From Acidobacteriota bacterium (GTDB lineage: Bacteria; Acidobacteriota; Thermoanaerobaculia; Multivoradales; UBA5704), in contig JBDTZG010000059.1 in the NCBI GenBank assembly GCA_040005235.1, positions 1-31,322 on the forward strand: DNA of 31,322 bases, in the 5' to 3' direction. The position numbers were made by a program, and so were the translations under genes. The notes beneath the pieces were generated by a model. It had not been told where the DNA came from, did not search any database, and saw nothing but the letters and a program-made list of their open reading frames with translations. Below, piece after piece: positions 9,140 through 17,216 of the stretch. Each line of letters starts with the position of its first letter. Position 1 is the first letter of the stretch.

Positions 9140-9526
9140 CTATGGGAACGGTGTCGGGGAAACGATCCGCAGAAACGTCTCCACGCCGACCACGGCCGGG
9201 TCGAGGGCGAACTCCCACAAATCGAGGCCGCCGAACAGCGCTTTGACGTTGCCCCAGCCCGCCGCCTGCATGTGGCGGGCGCCTTCGATCGCCGTCGCTC
9301 CGTCGTCGTCGAACAGGACCACCTCGCGATCGCGTGGCGGCTCCCACTCCGGTCCCGGGTAAGGGATTGCTCCCGCGAGCGAACGGACGCCCGGCTCCGC
9401 GCGGACATCGATCAAGAGCGGCGGGTCGCCGTCGGTGAGCCGACGGAACACGTGGTACGGCGAGATTTCGAGCGAGAGATCGAACTGGATCACCGGGGTC
9501 GAATCGTCGAGGAAGCGGGCGGGCAT
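9140..9526 (-). CDS. Rhodanese-like single-domain protein, catalytic Cys replaced by Asp
   Basis: LLIDVR, LAGAI, VVLFDDDG (normally VVxYCxxG), ARHMQAAGWGNVKALFGGLDLW. Start is ATG 9526 or TTG 9553. Confidence 0.8.
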   Translation of the reverse strand: MPARFLDDSTPVIQFDLSLEISPYHVFRRLTDGDPPLLIDVRAEPGVRSLAGAIPYPGPEWEPPRDREVVLFDDDGATAIEGARHMQAAGWGNVKALFGGLDLWEFALDPAVVGVETFLRIVSPTPFP

Positions 9527-9663
9527 TGGGGAGTGTCCTGATTCTTGATCCAACGACCAAATCGGCGAGAAGCGCCGTTGCCGTTAAGATATTGTCATGA
9601 ACGCCTTCCCGTTCTCTGCCTAGTCGGGCTGTGAGATCCGTGCGAGGCGAATGAGGAGGCGTC

Positions 9664-9915
9664 GTGCCTGTTCTTGAGATCCCCTACAGTGAAGACCTCT
9701 TGATCGCATCAGGCCAGGAACCTCGGGAGTTAGAGCTGGAGCTCCGCTTCTTGCTTGCGTCTAAGTTGTTCGAGCTCCGCCGCTTGTCTCTCGGTAAAGC
9801 AAGCGAGCTGGCGGGCCTTCCCCGTTTGCAGTTTATGGACGAGCTAGGCCGCCGATTGATTCCCGTCATCAACCTCGCAGACGATCAGATCGCCGACGAG
9901 CTTCGTGATGACTGA
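9664..9915 (+). CDS. UPF0175 family (COG2886-type) predicted HTH antitoxin
   Basis: 83 aa with LASKLFELRRLSLGKASELAGLPRLQFMDELGRRLIP; strong GAGGAGG RBS; overlaps the downstream PIN gene. Confidence 0.88.
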   Translation: MPVLEIPYSEDLLIASGQEPRELELELRFLLASKLFELRRLSLGKASELAGLPRLQFMDELGRRLIPVINLADDQIADELRDD

Positions 9916-10399
9916 GTGGGTCGTCGTTGCGGATTCGAGCCCATTGATCGGCCTCGCTCGGATCGGCCAGCTCGAGATTCTCCGCAAGCTGGCCTCGCGG
10001 ATCCTGATGCCGCCTGCGGTGCAAGCGGAGATCACCCAACATCGGCGAGAAGCGCCGGGAGCTGCGGCGATCCGGCAAGCAGCTTGGATTGAAATCGCTA
10101 CTCCTGATCCTCCCGAAGTGGAACTCCTTGCCATCCTGCTCGATCGCGGTGAAGCGGAAGCTATCGCCTTGGCTCAGAGGCTTCCAGGTTCAACGCTTCT
10201 CCTGGACGACGCCAGAGCGCGTCGGGTGGCCGAACGATTGGCCATTCCCCGCATAGGTACGGTCGGTCTCTTGAGGCGAGCCAAGAAAGCTGGCTTGATT
10301 CAGGCGGTCAAGCCTTGCATCGAGGCGCTCATGGCGAACGGGATTTACATTCATCGAACCCTGATCGATGCAGTTTTGAAAGACGTGGGGGAATCCTAG
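9908..10399 (+). CDS. DUF3368 PIN-domain protein (COG2405-type), predicted toxin
   Basis: VVVADSSPLI, LDRGEAEAIALA, LLLDDARARRVA and GTVGLLRRAKKAGLI motifs; paired with the upstream antitoxin. Confidence 0.9.
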   Translation: MTEWVVVADSSPLIGLARIGQLEILRKLASRILMPPAVQAEITQHRREAPGAAAIRQAAWIEIATPDPPEVELLAILLDRGEAEAIALAQRLPGSTLLLDDARARRVAERLAIPRIGTVGLLRRAKKAGLIQAVKPCIEALMANGIYIHRTLIDAVLKDVGES

Positions 10400-10490
10400 A
10401 CGACCTTCGCTCGGTGAGCGATCTTCGGCGTGTGATTCCCAGTTACGGCAGCCGCCGGGGGGCCGAAGGCTCCCCGGCTGACTTTATTTC

Positions 10491-11732
10491 TTACACCACC
10501 CGCGAGTCGTGATCCGCCCACACCAGGCCGGACATCACCTTGGGCAGGAAGCGCGTCGATTTCGGCGGCAGCATTTCGCCGTGTTCGATCGCCAGGGCGA
10601 AGGCGGCCGGGGTCATCGGGGGGAGCCAGATGCCGGTGCCCGCTTCGCCGTTTTCGATCATCCCGTAGAGGACTTCCGGATCGGAGCGGTAGATGGTGGT
10701 GCCGTCGATCGCCGCGGCTGGGGCTAGACCGAGGGCCGGGTAGACGATCTCGTGGAGGAGGACGACGGCGACGTTGCGCGCTCCTGGGGAGAGCGAGGCC
10801 GGGCCGCGCTCGGGGTCGAGGACCCAGATCTCCGCCGGGCGGCCTTTCACCTTGAGGCCGATCGCCGTGGCGCCGGCTGCGGCGACGGCCTCGGCGAGCG
10901 CTGTGCCGGTCGATACGTCGACGGTCTTCCGGTCGGCGCCCGAAACGCCGGAAGCCTGGGCGATCCCGTCGAGGTCGATCGCGGTTCCGAGCGCCCGGTG
11001 GATCGGATCGATCGTGAGTGCGGGCGACGACAGGCTGGTGATGATCGCGAGTTTCGCGGAGGCTGCCGTGCCGGAGGCGGCGCCGTGGGCGCGGGCGAAG
11101 TGTCCCGCCACTTTGTAGCGGTGGTGTCCGTCGGCGATCGCCGAGGGGCCCGCGGTCGCCTGTTGGTAGAGGGCGATGCGCGCCGGATCGTCCACCCGGA
11201 ACAGTAGGTGGTGGTGGCCGTCGGGATCGACGTGATCGACGAGCGGGGTCTTGCCTTCGATGTCCTCGGCCACCAGGGCGTCGAGCCGGCCGCCATCGTC
11301 GGAGAGGAGCAGGGCGGGCTCCAGATCGACGCGCGTCGCCTCGAGCAGCGCCGTTCGATCGGCGATCGCCTTTTCGAGCGTCTGCTCGTGCGGGCGGATG
11401 GTCGTGGCGTCGGCGATCTCGACCAGACCGGCGATTCCCAGGCGCCGGCCGCCGCCGGCCAACTCGATCACATAGGGGTAGATGGCGGGCTTTTCGTCGC
11501 GGACGATGTCGCCGTCGGCAATCCAGGCTTTGTGGAGGGCCGCCGCGCGGACGTACGGGTTCTCGCCTTCGGGGGCGACGGGGCAGGTAAGGTGGACGAA
11601 CTGAAACGGCGAGTCCGCTTGGTAGCGGTCGCGAAGCGCCGGGTTGATCTGGTCGTAGGGGAGAGCCGCGAGCGGGCCGGGAACTCCGGCCGGAGCGCCG
11701 TAGCGAAGCCCCGAGAAAGCAAATAGACGCAT
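10491..11732 (-). CDS. DUF1015 family protein
   Basis: LPYDQI, IRPHEQT, IADGHHRY and C-terminal MLPPKSTRFLPKVMSGLV; GGAGG RBS; TAGAAT -10-like hexamer at 11766-11771 on the minus strand. Confidence 0.92.
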   Translation of the reverse strand: MRLFAFSGLRYGAPAGVPGPLAALPYDQINPALRDRYQADSPFQFVHLTCPVAPEGENPYVRAAALHKAWIADGDIVRDEKPAIYPYVIELAGGGRRLGIAGLVEIADATTIRPHEQTLEKAIADRTALLEATRVDLEPALLLSDDGGRLDALVAEDIEGKTPLVDHVDPDGHHHLLFRVDDPARIALYQQATAGPSAIADGHHRYKVAGHFARAHGAASGTAASAKLAIITSLSSPALTIDPIHRALGTAIDLDGIAQASGVSGADRKTVDVSTGTALAEAVAAAGATAIGLKVKGRPAEIWVLDPERGPASLSPGARNVAVVLLHEIVYPALGLAPAAAIDGTTIYRSDPEVLYGMIENGEAGTGIWLPPMTPAAFALAIEHGEMLPPKSTRFLPKVMSGLVWADHDSRVV

Positions 11733-11798
11733 CTTTCCTCCGTTGGGTGTACCGCCGAGGCGGGGATTCTATCCCGAGCGCAGCGCCGCCATTCCTCA

Positions 11799-11834
11799 GG
11801 AATAAAATAGACGTCATGCTATATTGACATGTCT
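11799..11834. promoter_or_regulatory. AT-rich divergent promoter region with an imperfect inverted repeat
   Basis: AGACGTCA-TGCTATAT-TGACATGTCT in the DUF1015/M12 intergenic region, preceded by AATAAAAT. It includes a TGCTATATT extended -10-like string and a TTGACA. Confidence 0.4.
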
Positions 11835-12020
11835 CCACGAGCGCGAGGCGCGGCTGGAAAAAGCCGAGACCCCAAGGTGGCCTGATCCTCGCATCAATGT
11901 AGTCATGCGGTTATCGAGATGAGCGAGGTGTGAGCGGGCCCTAGAGACTTTCAGCGGGGATTCCCGGACATCCGGACCCCAAGGTGCAAGCGGACACACG
12001 ACTTCCGCCGGAGGACACGC

Positions 12021-14087
12021 ATGCCGATTTCTGTCACATCGTGGCGTCGCTTTTCGCCCACCGGGCGGCCTGCGTTTCCTGCCCTGCTCGCCGCCTGCGC
12101 TCTCGCGGCGGGTCTCCTGGCGCCGATCGGCACCCTTGCCCAAGCGGAGGAGACTCTCCTGCCGCTCACCGGCGCGCCGGAGACCGGGGAGAAGATCGAA
12201 TCCCGCTCGGGCGTTTCCGCCGAGCTGTTTTCGTTCGAGGAGGGGCTCGCTGCTTCGCTGATCGGGGAGCCGTTCGATCGGGAGGTGGAGATCAGCGCGT
12301 TCCCCATCGCCCCTGGAGAGCGGGCCGACGTCATCCTCGCCCGGCACGAGATCTACGCGCCCGACGCCAAGATCATCGCGATCGACCAGGGCCGGCCGAC
12401 GGAAGTGCCGCGCTCGCGCTGGATCTTCTACTGGGGCGGCTCGGCCGCCGATCCCGCGACTCGGATTTTTCTCTCGGTCGATCCCGAACTCGGAGAGATC
12501 CGCGGCTTCGCGTCCGGTCCGAAAGGAACCTGGGATTTCCAGCCCTACGCCGACGCTGGCAAAGGGCAGAGCCTGATCGCGCCGCCGGCGTTCTTCCAAA
12601 CGGGATCGAAGGCCGCCGAGCCGACGTGGGCCTGCGGCGAGGACGAGGGGCCGGGCTTCCTTTCGTTTCCGCCCCCGGCGGCGGCCGACGCGCCGGAGCC
12701 GAACGCGATCACTACGCTCCACTCGATGACCCTCGCGATCGACACCGACAACGAGCTCATGGCGAACAAAGCCTGTTCCGGCAATCCGGCGGTCTGTGAC
12801 AACACGACCGTCGCGAGCAACTATCTCGCGAGCCTGGTGGCGGCGATGAGCGCGATCTACGAGCGCGACCTGCTGGTCCGCCTGCTCCAAGGGAACACGA
12901 CCTTGCGGGTGTCCACCACGGCCGACCCCTACGTGCAGAACTCGAACGGCAACGCGTCGCCCTCCGAGCTGTCGGAGTTCTCGAACTATTGGGGCGCCAA
13001 CTTCGGCGGCGTCAATCGGGGCCTCGCGATGATGATCTCGGGCAAGCAGCCGCAGAGCAACGCCGCCTCCGGGATTGCCTGGATCAACGGCCTATGCAGC
13101 ACCAGCGTCGGCTACAGCTTCAGCAAGGTGTTCGGTCCGGCGTTCGCGGTCTCCAACGACGCCAAACTGGTCGGCCACGAGCTGGGGCACAATTTCGGGT
13201 CGCCGCATACGCACTGCTACTCCCCGCCGCTCGACAACTGCTTCAACGGCGAGGGCGGCTGCTTTTCGGGCGGTACCAGCTGCCCCGCTCCGACCACGAT
13301 CAACGGCGTCACCAACGTGCGCGGCACGATCATGAGCTATTGCCATCTGCTCGGCGGCTGTTCGGCCTCCTCGGTGTTTCATCCGGGCTCGGTGGCGCTG
13401 ATCGCGCCTCTGATCCAAGCCCGAGTCAACGTCTGCATCTTTCCCGGCACCGGGGGTGGGGGCGGTGCCGTCACTGGAGTTTTGCCGCGGTCGGGCTCGG
13501 TGGTGGGCGGCACGCCCGTCACGATCAGCGGATCCGGCTTCGCGGCCGGCGCCGCGGTGACCTTCGGCGGTTCGGCGGCCACGGCGGTCGTCGTGGTCAA
13601 TTCGACCACGATCACCGCTCTCGCCCCGGCGAAGGCGACCGGCAAGGTGAGCGTCACCGTGACCAATCCGGGCGGCGCGCCGATGACGCTCACCGACGGG
13701 TACTTCTACATGCCGGTCGACGCGGCGCGGAGCTTCTTTACCGTCTCGCCCTGCCGGGTGCTCGATACCCGGAATACCGGCGGCGCACTCGCCGGTACCT
13801 CGACGCGGGGGGTCCAGGTGACCGGCATCTGCAGCGTGCCGAGCACGGCCAAGGCGATCTCGGCGAACGTCTCGGTGGTCACCGCCGGGGGCTCCGGCTT
13901 CTTCGGCGCGTTCCCGGGTAACGGTTTCCCGGTGGGCACGACGATCATGAGCTTTGCGGCGGGTCAGACGCGGACCAACAACGCGATCATCCTGCTCGCG
14001 ACCGACGGCACGGGCACCGCGCTGTTCCAAAACGGCGCGACCCAGCCCGCGCACCTGGTACTGGATGTGAACGGATACTTCCAGTAG
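12021..14087 (+). CDS. Secreted M12 (reprolysin-like) zinc metalloprotease with IPT/TIG domain and C-terminal beta-rich domain
   Basis: Signal peptide; pro-domain with possible Cys switch (WACGED); HELGHNFGSPH zinc motif; Met-turn TIMSY; IPT/TIG (GGTPVTISGSGF...VTVTNPGG); terminal PCRVLDTR...HLVLDVNGYFQ module; GGAGG RBS. Confidence 0.92.
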   Translation: MPISVTSWRRFSPTGRPAFPALLAACALAAGLLAPIGTLAQAEETLLPLTGAPETGEKIESRSGVSAELFSFEEGLAASLIGEPFDREVEISAFPIAPGERADVILARHEIYAPDAKIIAIDQGRPTEVPRSRWIFYWGGSAADPATRIFLSVDPELGEIRGFASGPKGTWDFQPYADAGKGQSLIAPPAFFQTGSKAAEPTWACGEDEGPGFLSFPPPAAADAPEPNAITTLHSMTLAIDTDNELMANKACSGNPAVCDNTTVASNYLASLVAAMSAIYERDLLVRLLQGNTTLRVSTTADPYVQNSNGNASPSELSEFSNYWGANFGGVNRGLAMMISGKQPQSNAASGIAWINGLCSTSVGYSFSKVFGPAFAVSNDAKLVGHELGHNFGSPHTHCYSPPLDNCFNGEGGCFSGGTSCPAPTTINGVTNVRGTIMSYCHLLGGCSASSVFHPGSVALIAPLIQARVNVCIFPGTGGGGGAVTGVLPRSGSVVGGTPVTISGSGFAAGAAVTFGGSAATAVVVVNSTTITALAPAKATGKVSVTVTNPGGAPMTLTDGYFYMPVDAARSFFTVSPCRVLDTRNTGGALAGTSTRGVQVTGICSVPSTAKAISANVSVVTAGGSGFFGAFPGNGFPVGTTIMSFAAGQTRTNNAIILLATDGTGTALFQNGATQPAHLVLDVNGYFQ

Positions 14088-14095
14088 AACACGAC

Positions 14096-14122
14096 CGGGG
14101 CGGCCTATTGGCGGCCGCCCCG
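14096..14122. terminator. GC-rich hairpin between convergent genes
   Basis: CGGGGCGGCC-TATTGGC-GGCCGCCCCG perfect 10-bp stem between the stops at 14087 and 14128. Confidence 0.65.
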
Positions 14123-14127
14123 ATTCG

Positions 14128-15831
14128 TTATTTTCCCGCGACCGCCGCGAGCGCCTGTTTCCTCGTGCCCTCGAATTCGTCGCCGGGGGCCCAGGTGGGC
14201 ATTGCGTCCTGTTGGGCGATCCAAAGCGAGGCGAAGAAGCCGAGGCGCGCGTCTTCGATCATGCCGTCGTAGTTCCAGTCGGGCGAGATTTCATCGCTCG
14301 GCTGGTGGTACTGGACCTCTTCCCATTTCTCCTGCGTCTCTTTGCCCCAGCCTTCGGGCTTGCCGCGGAACTTGCGCCCGGCGTCCAGGTAGATCGCCGG
14401 GACCCCGATCTTCGCGAAGCTGAACTGGTCGGACCGGTAGAAGAAGCCGCGGTCGGGCGCCTGATCGGGCAGGACCTCGCGACCCTGCTCCGCGGCGAGG
14501 TCTTTGACGATGCCGTCGAGCGAGCTTTTGCCTAAGCCGATGTAGGTGAGGTCGGTCGTCCGTCCCCAAATGTTGCCGCCGTCGAAATTGACGTTCGCGG
14601 CGATCTTGCCCGCCGGGAAGGTCGGGTGCTCGGCGTAGTAGCGGGAGCCGAGCAGGCCCTGCTCTTCGGCCGCCACGAACGCGAACAGGATCGAGCGCCG
14701 CGGGCGCTCCGGCAGGGCGGCGAACGCCTTGGCGATCGCCAGGATCTGCGCGCAGCCGGAGGCGTTGTCGACCGCGCCGTTGTAGATCTTGTCTCCGGTC
14801 TTGTCCGGCTCGCCGATGCCTAGATGATCGTGATGGGCGGAGAGGATCACCACCTCGCTCGCGAGCTTCGGATCGCTGCCGGGGAGCAGGCCGAGCACGT
14901 TGGCGGTGGTGGCTTTCTCGATCTTGTTCTTGAGCGTGAGCGTGGTCTTGGCTTTGAGCGGGATCGGCCGGAAGTCGCGGCTCTGCGCGTCGGCGATCAG
15001 CTTCGCGAGATCGAACCCGGCGGCGGCGAACAGCCGCTTGGCGGCATCCTCGGTCGACCAGGCCGCAACCTGGAGGCGCGGTTCGGCGCCCGCCGGCAGC
15101 TCGAACTGCTCGCCCGTCCAGGAGGTCTGGACCACCTGCCAGGGATAGCCGGCCGAGTGGTTGGTATGGATGATGATCGCCCCGGCCGCCCCCTGTCGGG
15201 CGGCGCTCTCGTATTTGTAGTCCCAGCGGCCGTAATAGAGCCGGCGCTTGCCGGCGAATAGGTTGTCGTCGTCCTCCGGGTCGTTGTTGAGCATGACCAG
15301 GATTTTCCCCTTCAAGTCCATCCCCTTGAAGTCGTCCCAGCGATACTCGGGCGCCTGGATGCCGTAGCCCACGAAGACCAGCTCGGCGTCTTCGAGCTGG
15401 GCGCTCGCGGCCTGGACGCCCGAGGTCGCGATGTAGTCGTCGCTCCGCTTCCAGGCGACCGACTTGTCGCCCAGCGAGAAGGTCCAAGTCGCGGGCATCG
15501 CCGCGTCGTTGCCGACGATGTCGAAGCTCTGCTGCCAGCCGCCGTCCGGCCCGCCGGGGGTGAGGCCGAGCGCTTCGAGCTCGGTCGCGAGGTAGGCCCT
15601 GGCGAGTTGATCCCCGCGGCTCGCCGGGCCGCGCCCTTCGAGCGCGTCGGAGGCGAGGAAACGGATCGGAGCGGCGAGGCTGCCGGCGTGGATGGCCTGG
15701 GAGGCCTGCTCGGCGCCTTGGGGGAGGCTCAAGCCGGCGATGTCGGCAGCGCTGGCGGCGTTGGCGGCCACGGCGGAAAGCAAGAAGGCGAGGCTAGCGG
15801 TCGCGAGCCTTAGGCGGCGGAATCTCTGCAT
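14128..15831 (-). CDS. Secreted M28 family metallopeptidase with PA domain
   Basis: ATG 15831 lies 6 nt after GAGGAG. Signal peptide; LASDALEGRGP, PA domain (VFVGYGI...YYGRWDYKYE), SAHHDHLG, NGAVDNASG, AAEEQGLLGS, RSDQFSF, YHQPSDE. Confidence 0.94.
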   Translation of the reverse strand: MQRFRRLRLATASLAFLLSAVAANAASAADIAGLSLPQGAEQASQAIHAGSLAAPIRFLASDALEGRGPASRGDQLARAYLATELEALGLTPGGPDGGWQQSFDIVGNDAAMPATWTFSLGDKSVAWKRSDDYIATSGVQAASAQLEDAELVFVGYGIQAPEYRWDDFKGMDLKGKILVMLNNDPEDDDNLFAGKRRLYYGRWDYKYESAARQGAAGAIIIHTNHSAGYPWQVVQTSWTGEQFELPAGAEPRLQVAAWSTEDAAKRLFAAAGFDLAKLIADAQSRDFRPIPLKAKTTLTLKNKIEKATTANVLGLLPGSDPKLASEVVILSAHHDHLGIGEPDKTGDKIYNGAVDNASGCAQILAIAKAFAALPERPRRSILFAFVAAEEQGLLGSRYYAEHPTFPAGKIAANVNFDGGNIWGRTTDLTYIGLGKSSLDGIVKDLAAEQGREVLPDQAPDRGFFYRSDQFSFAKIGVPAIYLDAGRKFRGKPEGWGKETQEKWEEVQYHQPSDEISPDWNYDGMIEDARLGFFASLWIAQQDAMPTWAPGDEFEGTRKQALAAVAGK

Positions 15832-16003
15832 GGTCATCTCCTCGGCGAGGTGGGGGGCGGATCGGAAACTCGGAGGGGGTACGGAGGGCATTGCACGTCG
15901 GGCGGACTGTAGCAAATCGGGGTTCGATCGCAGTTAGGGGAGCCACCACCCGGCTGCGGGTTGCTCGCGCGCCCTGCTGCGAGCTAAGGTCTCGCTCGCT
16001 AGG

Positions 16004-16813
16004 ATGAAGATCGAAACCCAGCTCCGCGACGGCCTGGTCCTCAACTGGGCGGTGCCCAAGGAGGTCTTGCCGGCGCTGCCGTCGGCCTTGCGCTATCAGA
16101 TCCTCGCCGACGAGGGGAGCGAGCGGGTGATGGTCTCGGCCGTCCTGTTCCATCACGAGCGGTTGCACTGGCCGGCCCTGCCGCTGGTTCGGTTCTCGTG
16201 GCCGCAGATGAACGTCCGGATCTGCGTGCTCGACGAGGAGGGCGTTGCGTCGCTCTTGATCCGCCGGATCTTCGTGCCCGCCTGGGTCTATCCCGGCGCC
16301 CGCCTATTCGCCGGACCGCCGGTCGCCGCGGCACAGCTCGCTTTTCCCCGCCCTTCGAACCGGCCGGACGACCGGGAGTGGCTTTGGCGCGCGGCGTGCG
16401 GCCTCCGGTTCGCGGTGAGCGCCAAGCCGGCGGGGCCCGAGAGCGCCGCCGCCGGGCCTCAATCGCCGCTCGGTTCCTGGGAGCGCACCGTCCGCTACGT
16501 CCACGATCGGCCGCGCGGTTATACGCTTTATCCCGACGGCCTGCGGCGGATGGAAGTCGACCATCCGCCGATCGAGGTTTTGCCGGTGCGGGCCGAGATC
16601 CGCGAAACCGATCTGCTCGCGGCCTGTTTCGGCTTGGCGCACTTCGCTCTGCCACCGCTCCATTCATCCTGGCTGATGCCTGAGGTCCGCTTCTCGTTCG
16701 AGCTGGCGCTCACTCCGCGCCTGGTCGTGCCGCAGGGGGTGCCGCATCCGGCGGCGAGCCGCGCTGCGCTCCGCGAGCGTCATTCCTCTCCTCCGCCGCG
16801 CCTCGCGGCCTGA
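16004..16813 (+). CDS. DUF2071 (YqjF-like, acetoacetate-decarboxylase-like fold) protein
   Basis: LVLNWAVPKEVL, VSAVLF, WPQMNVRICV and RMEVDHPP pattern typical of DUF2071. Confidence 0.7.
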   Translation: MKIETQLRDGLVLNWAVPKEVLPALPSALRYQILADEGSERVMVSAVLFHHERLHWPALPLVRFSWPQMNVRICVLDEEGVASLLIRRIFVPAWVYPGARLFAGPPVAAAQLAFPRPSNRPDDREWLWRAACGLRFAVSAKPAGPESAAAGPQSPLGSWERTVRYVHDRPRGYTLYPDGLRRMEVDHPPIEVLPVRAEIRETDLLAACFGLAHFALPPLHSSWLMPEVRFSFELALTPRLVVPQGVPHPAASRAALRERHSSPPPRLAA

Positions 16814-16829
16814 ACCCGGAGGTTCCCCG

Positions 16830-17216
16830 ATGGGCATCGAACGCGTGCAGACCGGAGCGCCGTGGGAATCGATCGTCGGCTATTGCCGGGCGATCCGGAT
16901 CGGGAATCAGATCTTCGTCTCGGGCACCGCGCCGGTCGCCGAGGACGGTTCGACGTTCGCGCCCGACGACGCCTACGCCCAGGCCGCCAAATGTCTGGAG
17001 ATCGCCCTCGGCGCGCTCGCGCGGCTGGGCGCGGACGCCTCGCACGTCGTGCGGACGCGGATGTTCGTCACCGACATCTCACGCTGGGAGGAGTACGGCC
17101 GGGCCCACGGAGAAGTGTTTCGGAACCATCCTCCGGCAACCTCGATGGTCGAGGTGCGGGCGCTGATCGATCCGCAGATGCTGATCGAGATCGAGCTCGA
17201 CGCGGTCGTCGCTTGA
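16830..17216 (+). CDS. Rid (YjgF/YER057c/UK114) family protein, subtype lacking the catalytic Arg
   Basis: GAPWESIVGYCRAIRIG...VSGT, VVRTRMFVTDI, PATSMVEV (no PAR Arg), LIEIELDA; GGAGG RBS. Confidence 0.93.
   Translation: MGIERVQTGAPWESIVGYCRAIRIGNQIFVSGTAPVAEDGSTFAPDDAYAQAAKCLEIALGALARLGADASHVVRTRMFVTDISRWEEYGRAHGEVFRNHPPATSMVEVRALIDPQMLIEIELDAVVA

Noticed and set aside
16862-17212. N-terminal 117 codons of the 630-aa flippase ORF
   Set aside because: Off-frame overlap with the Rid gene; the flippase more plausibly starts at 17213 or 17258.
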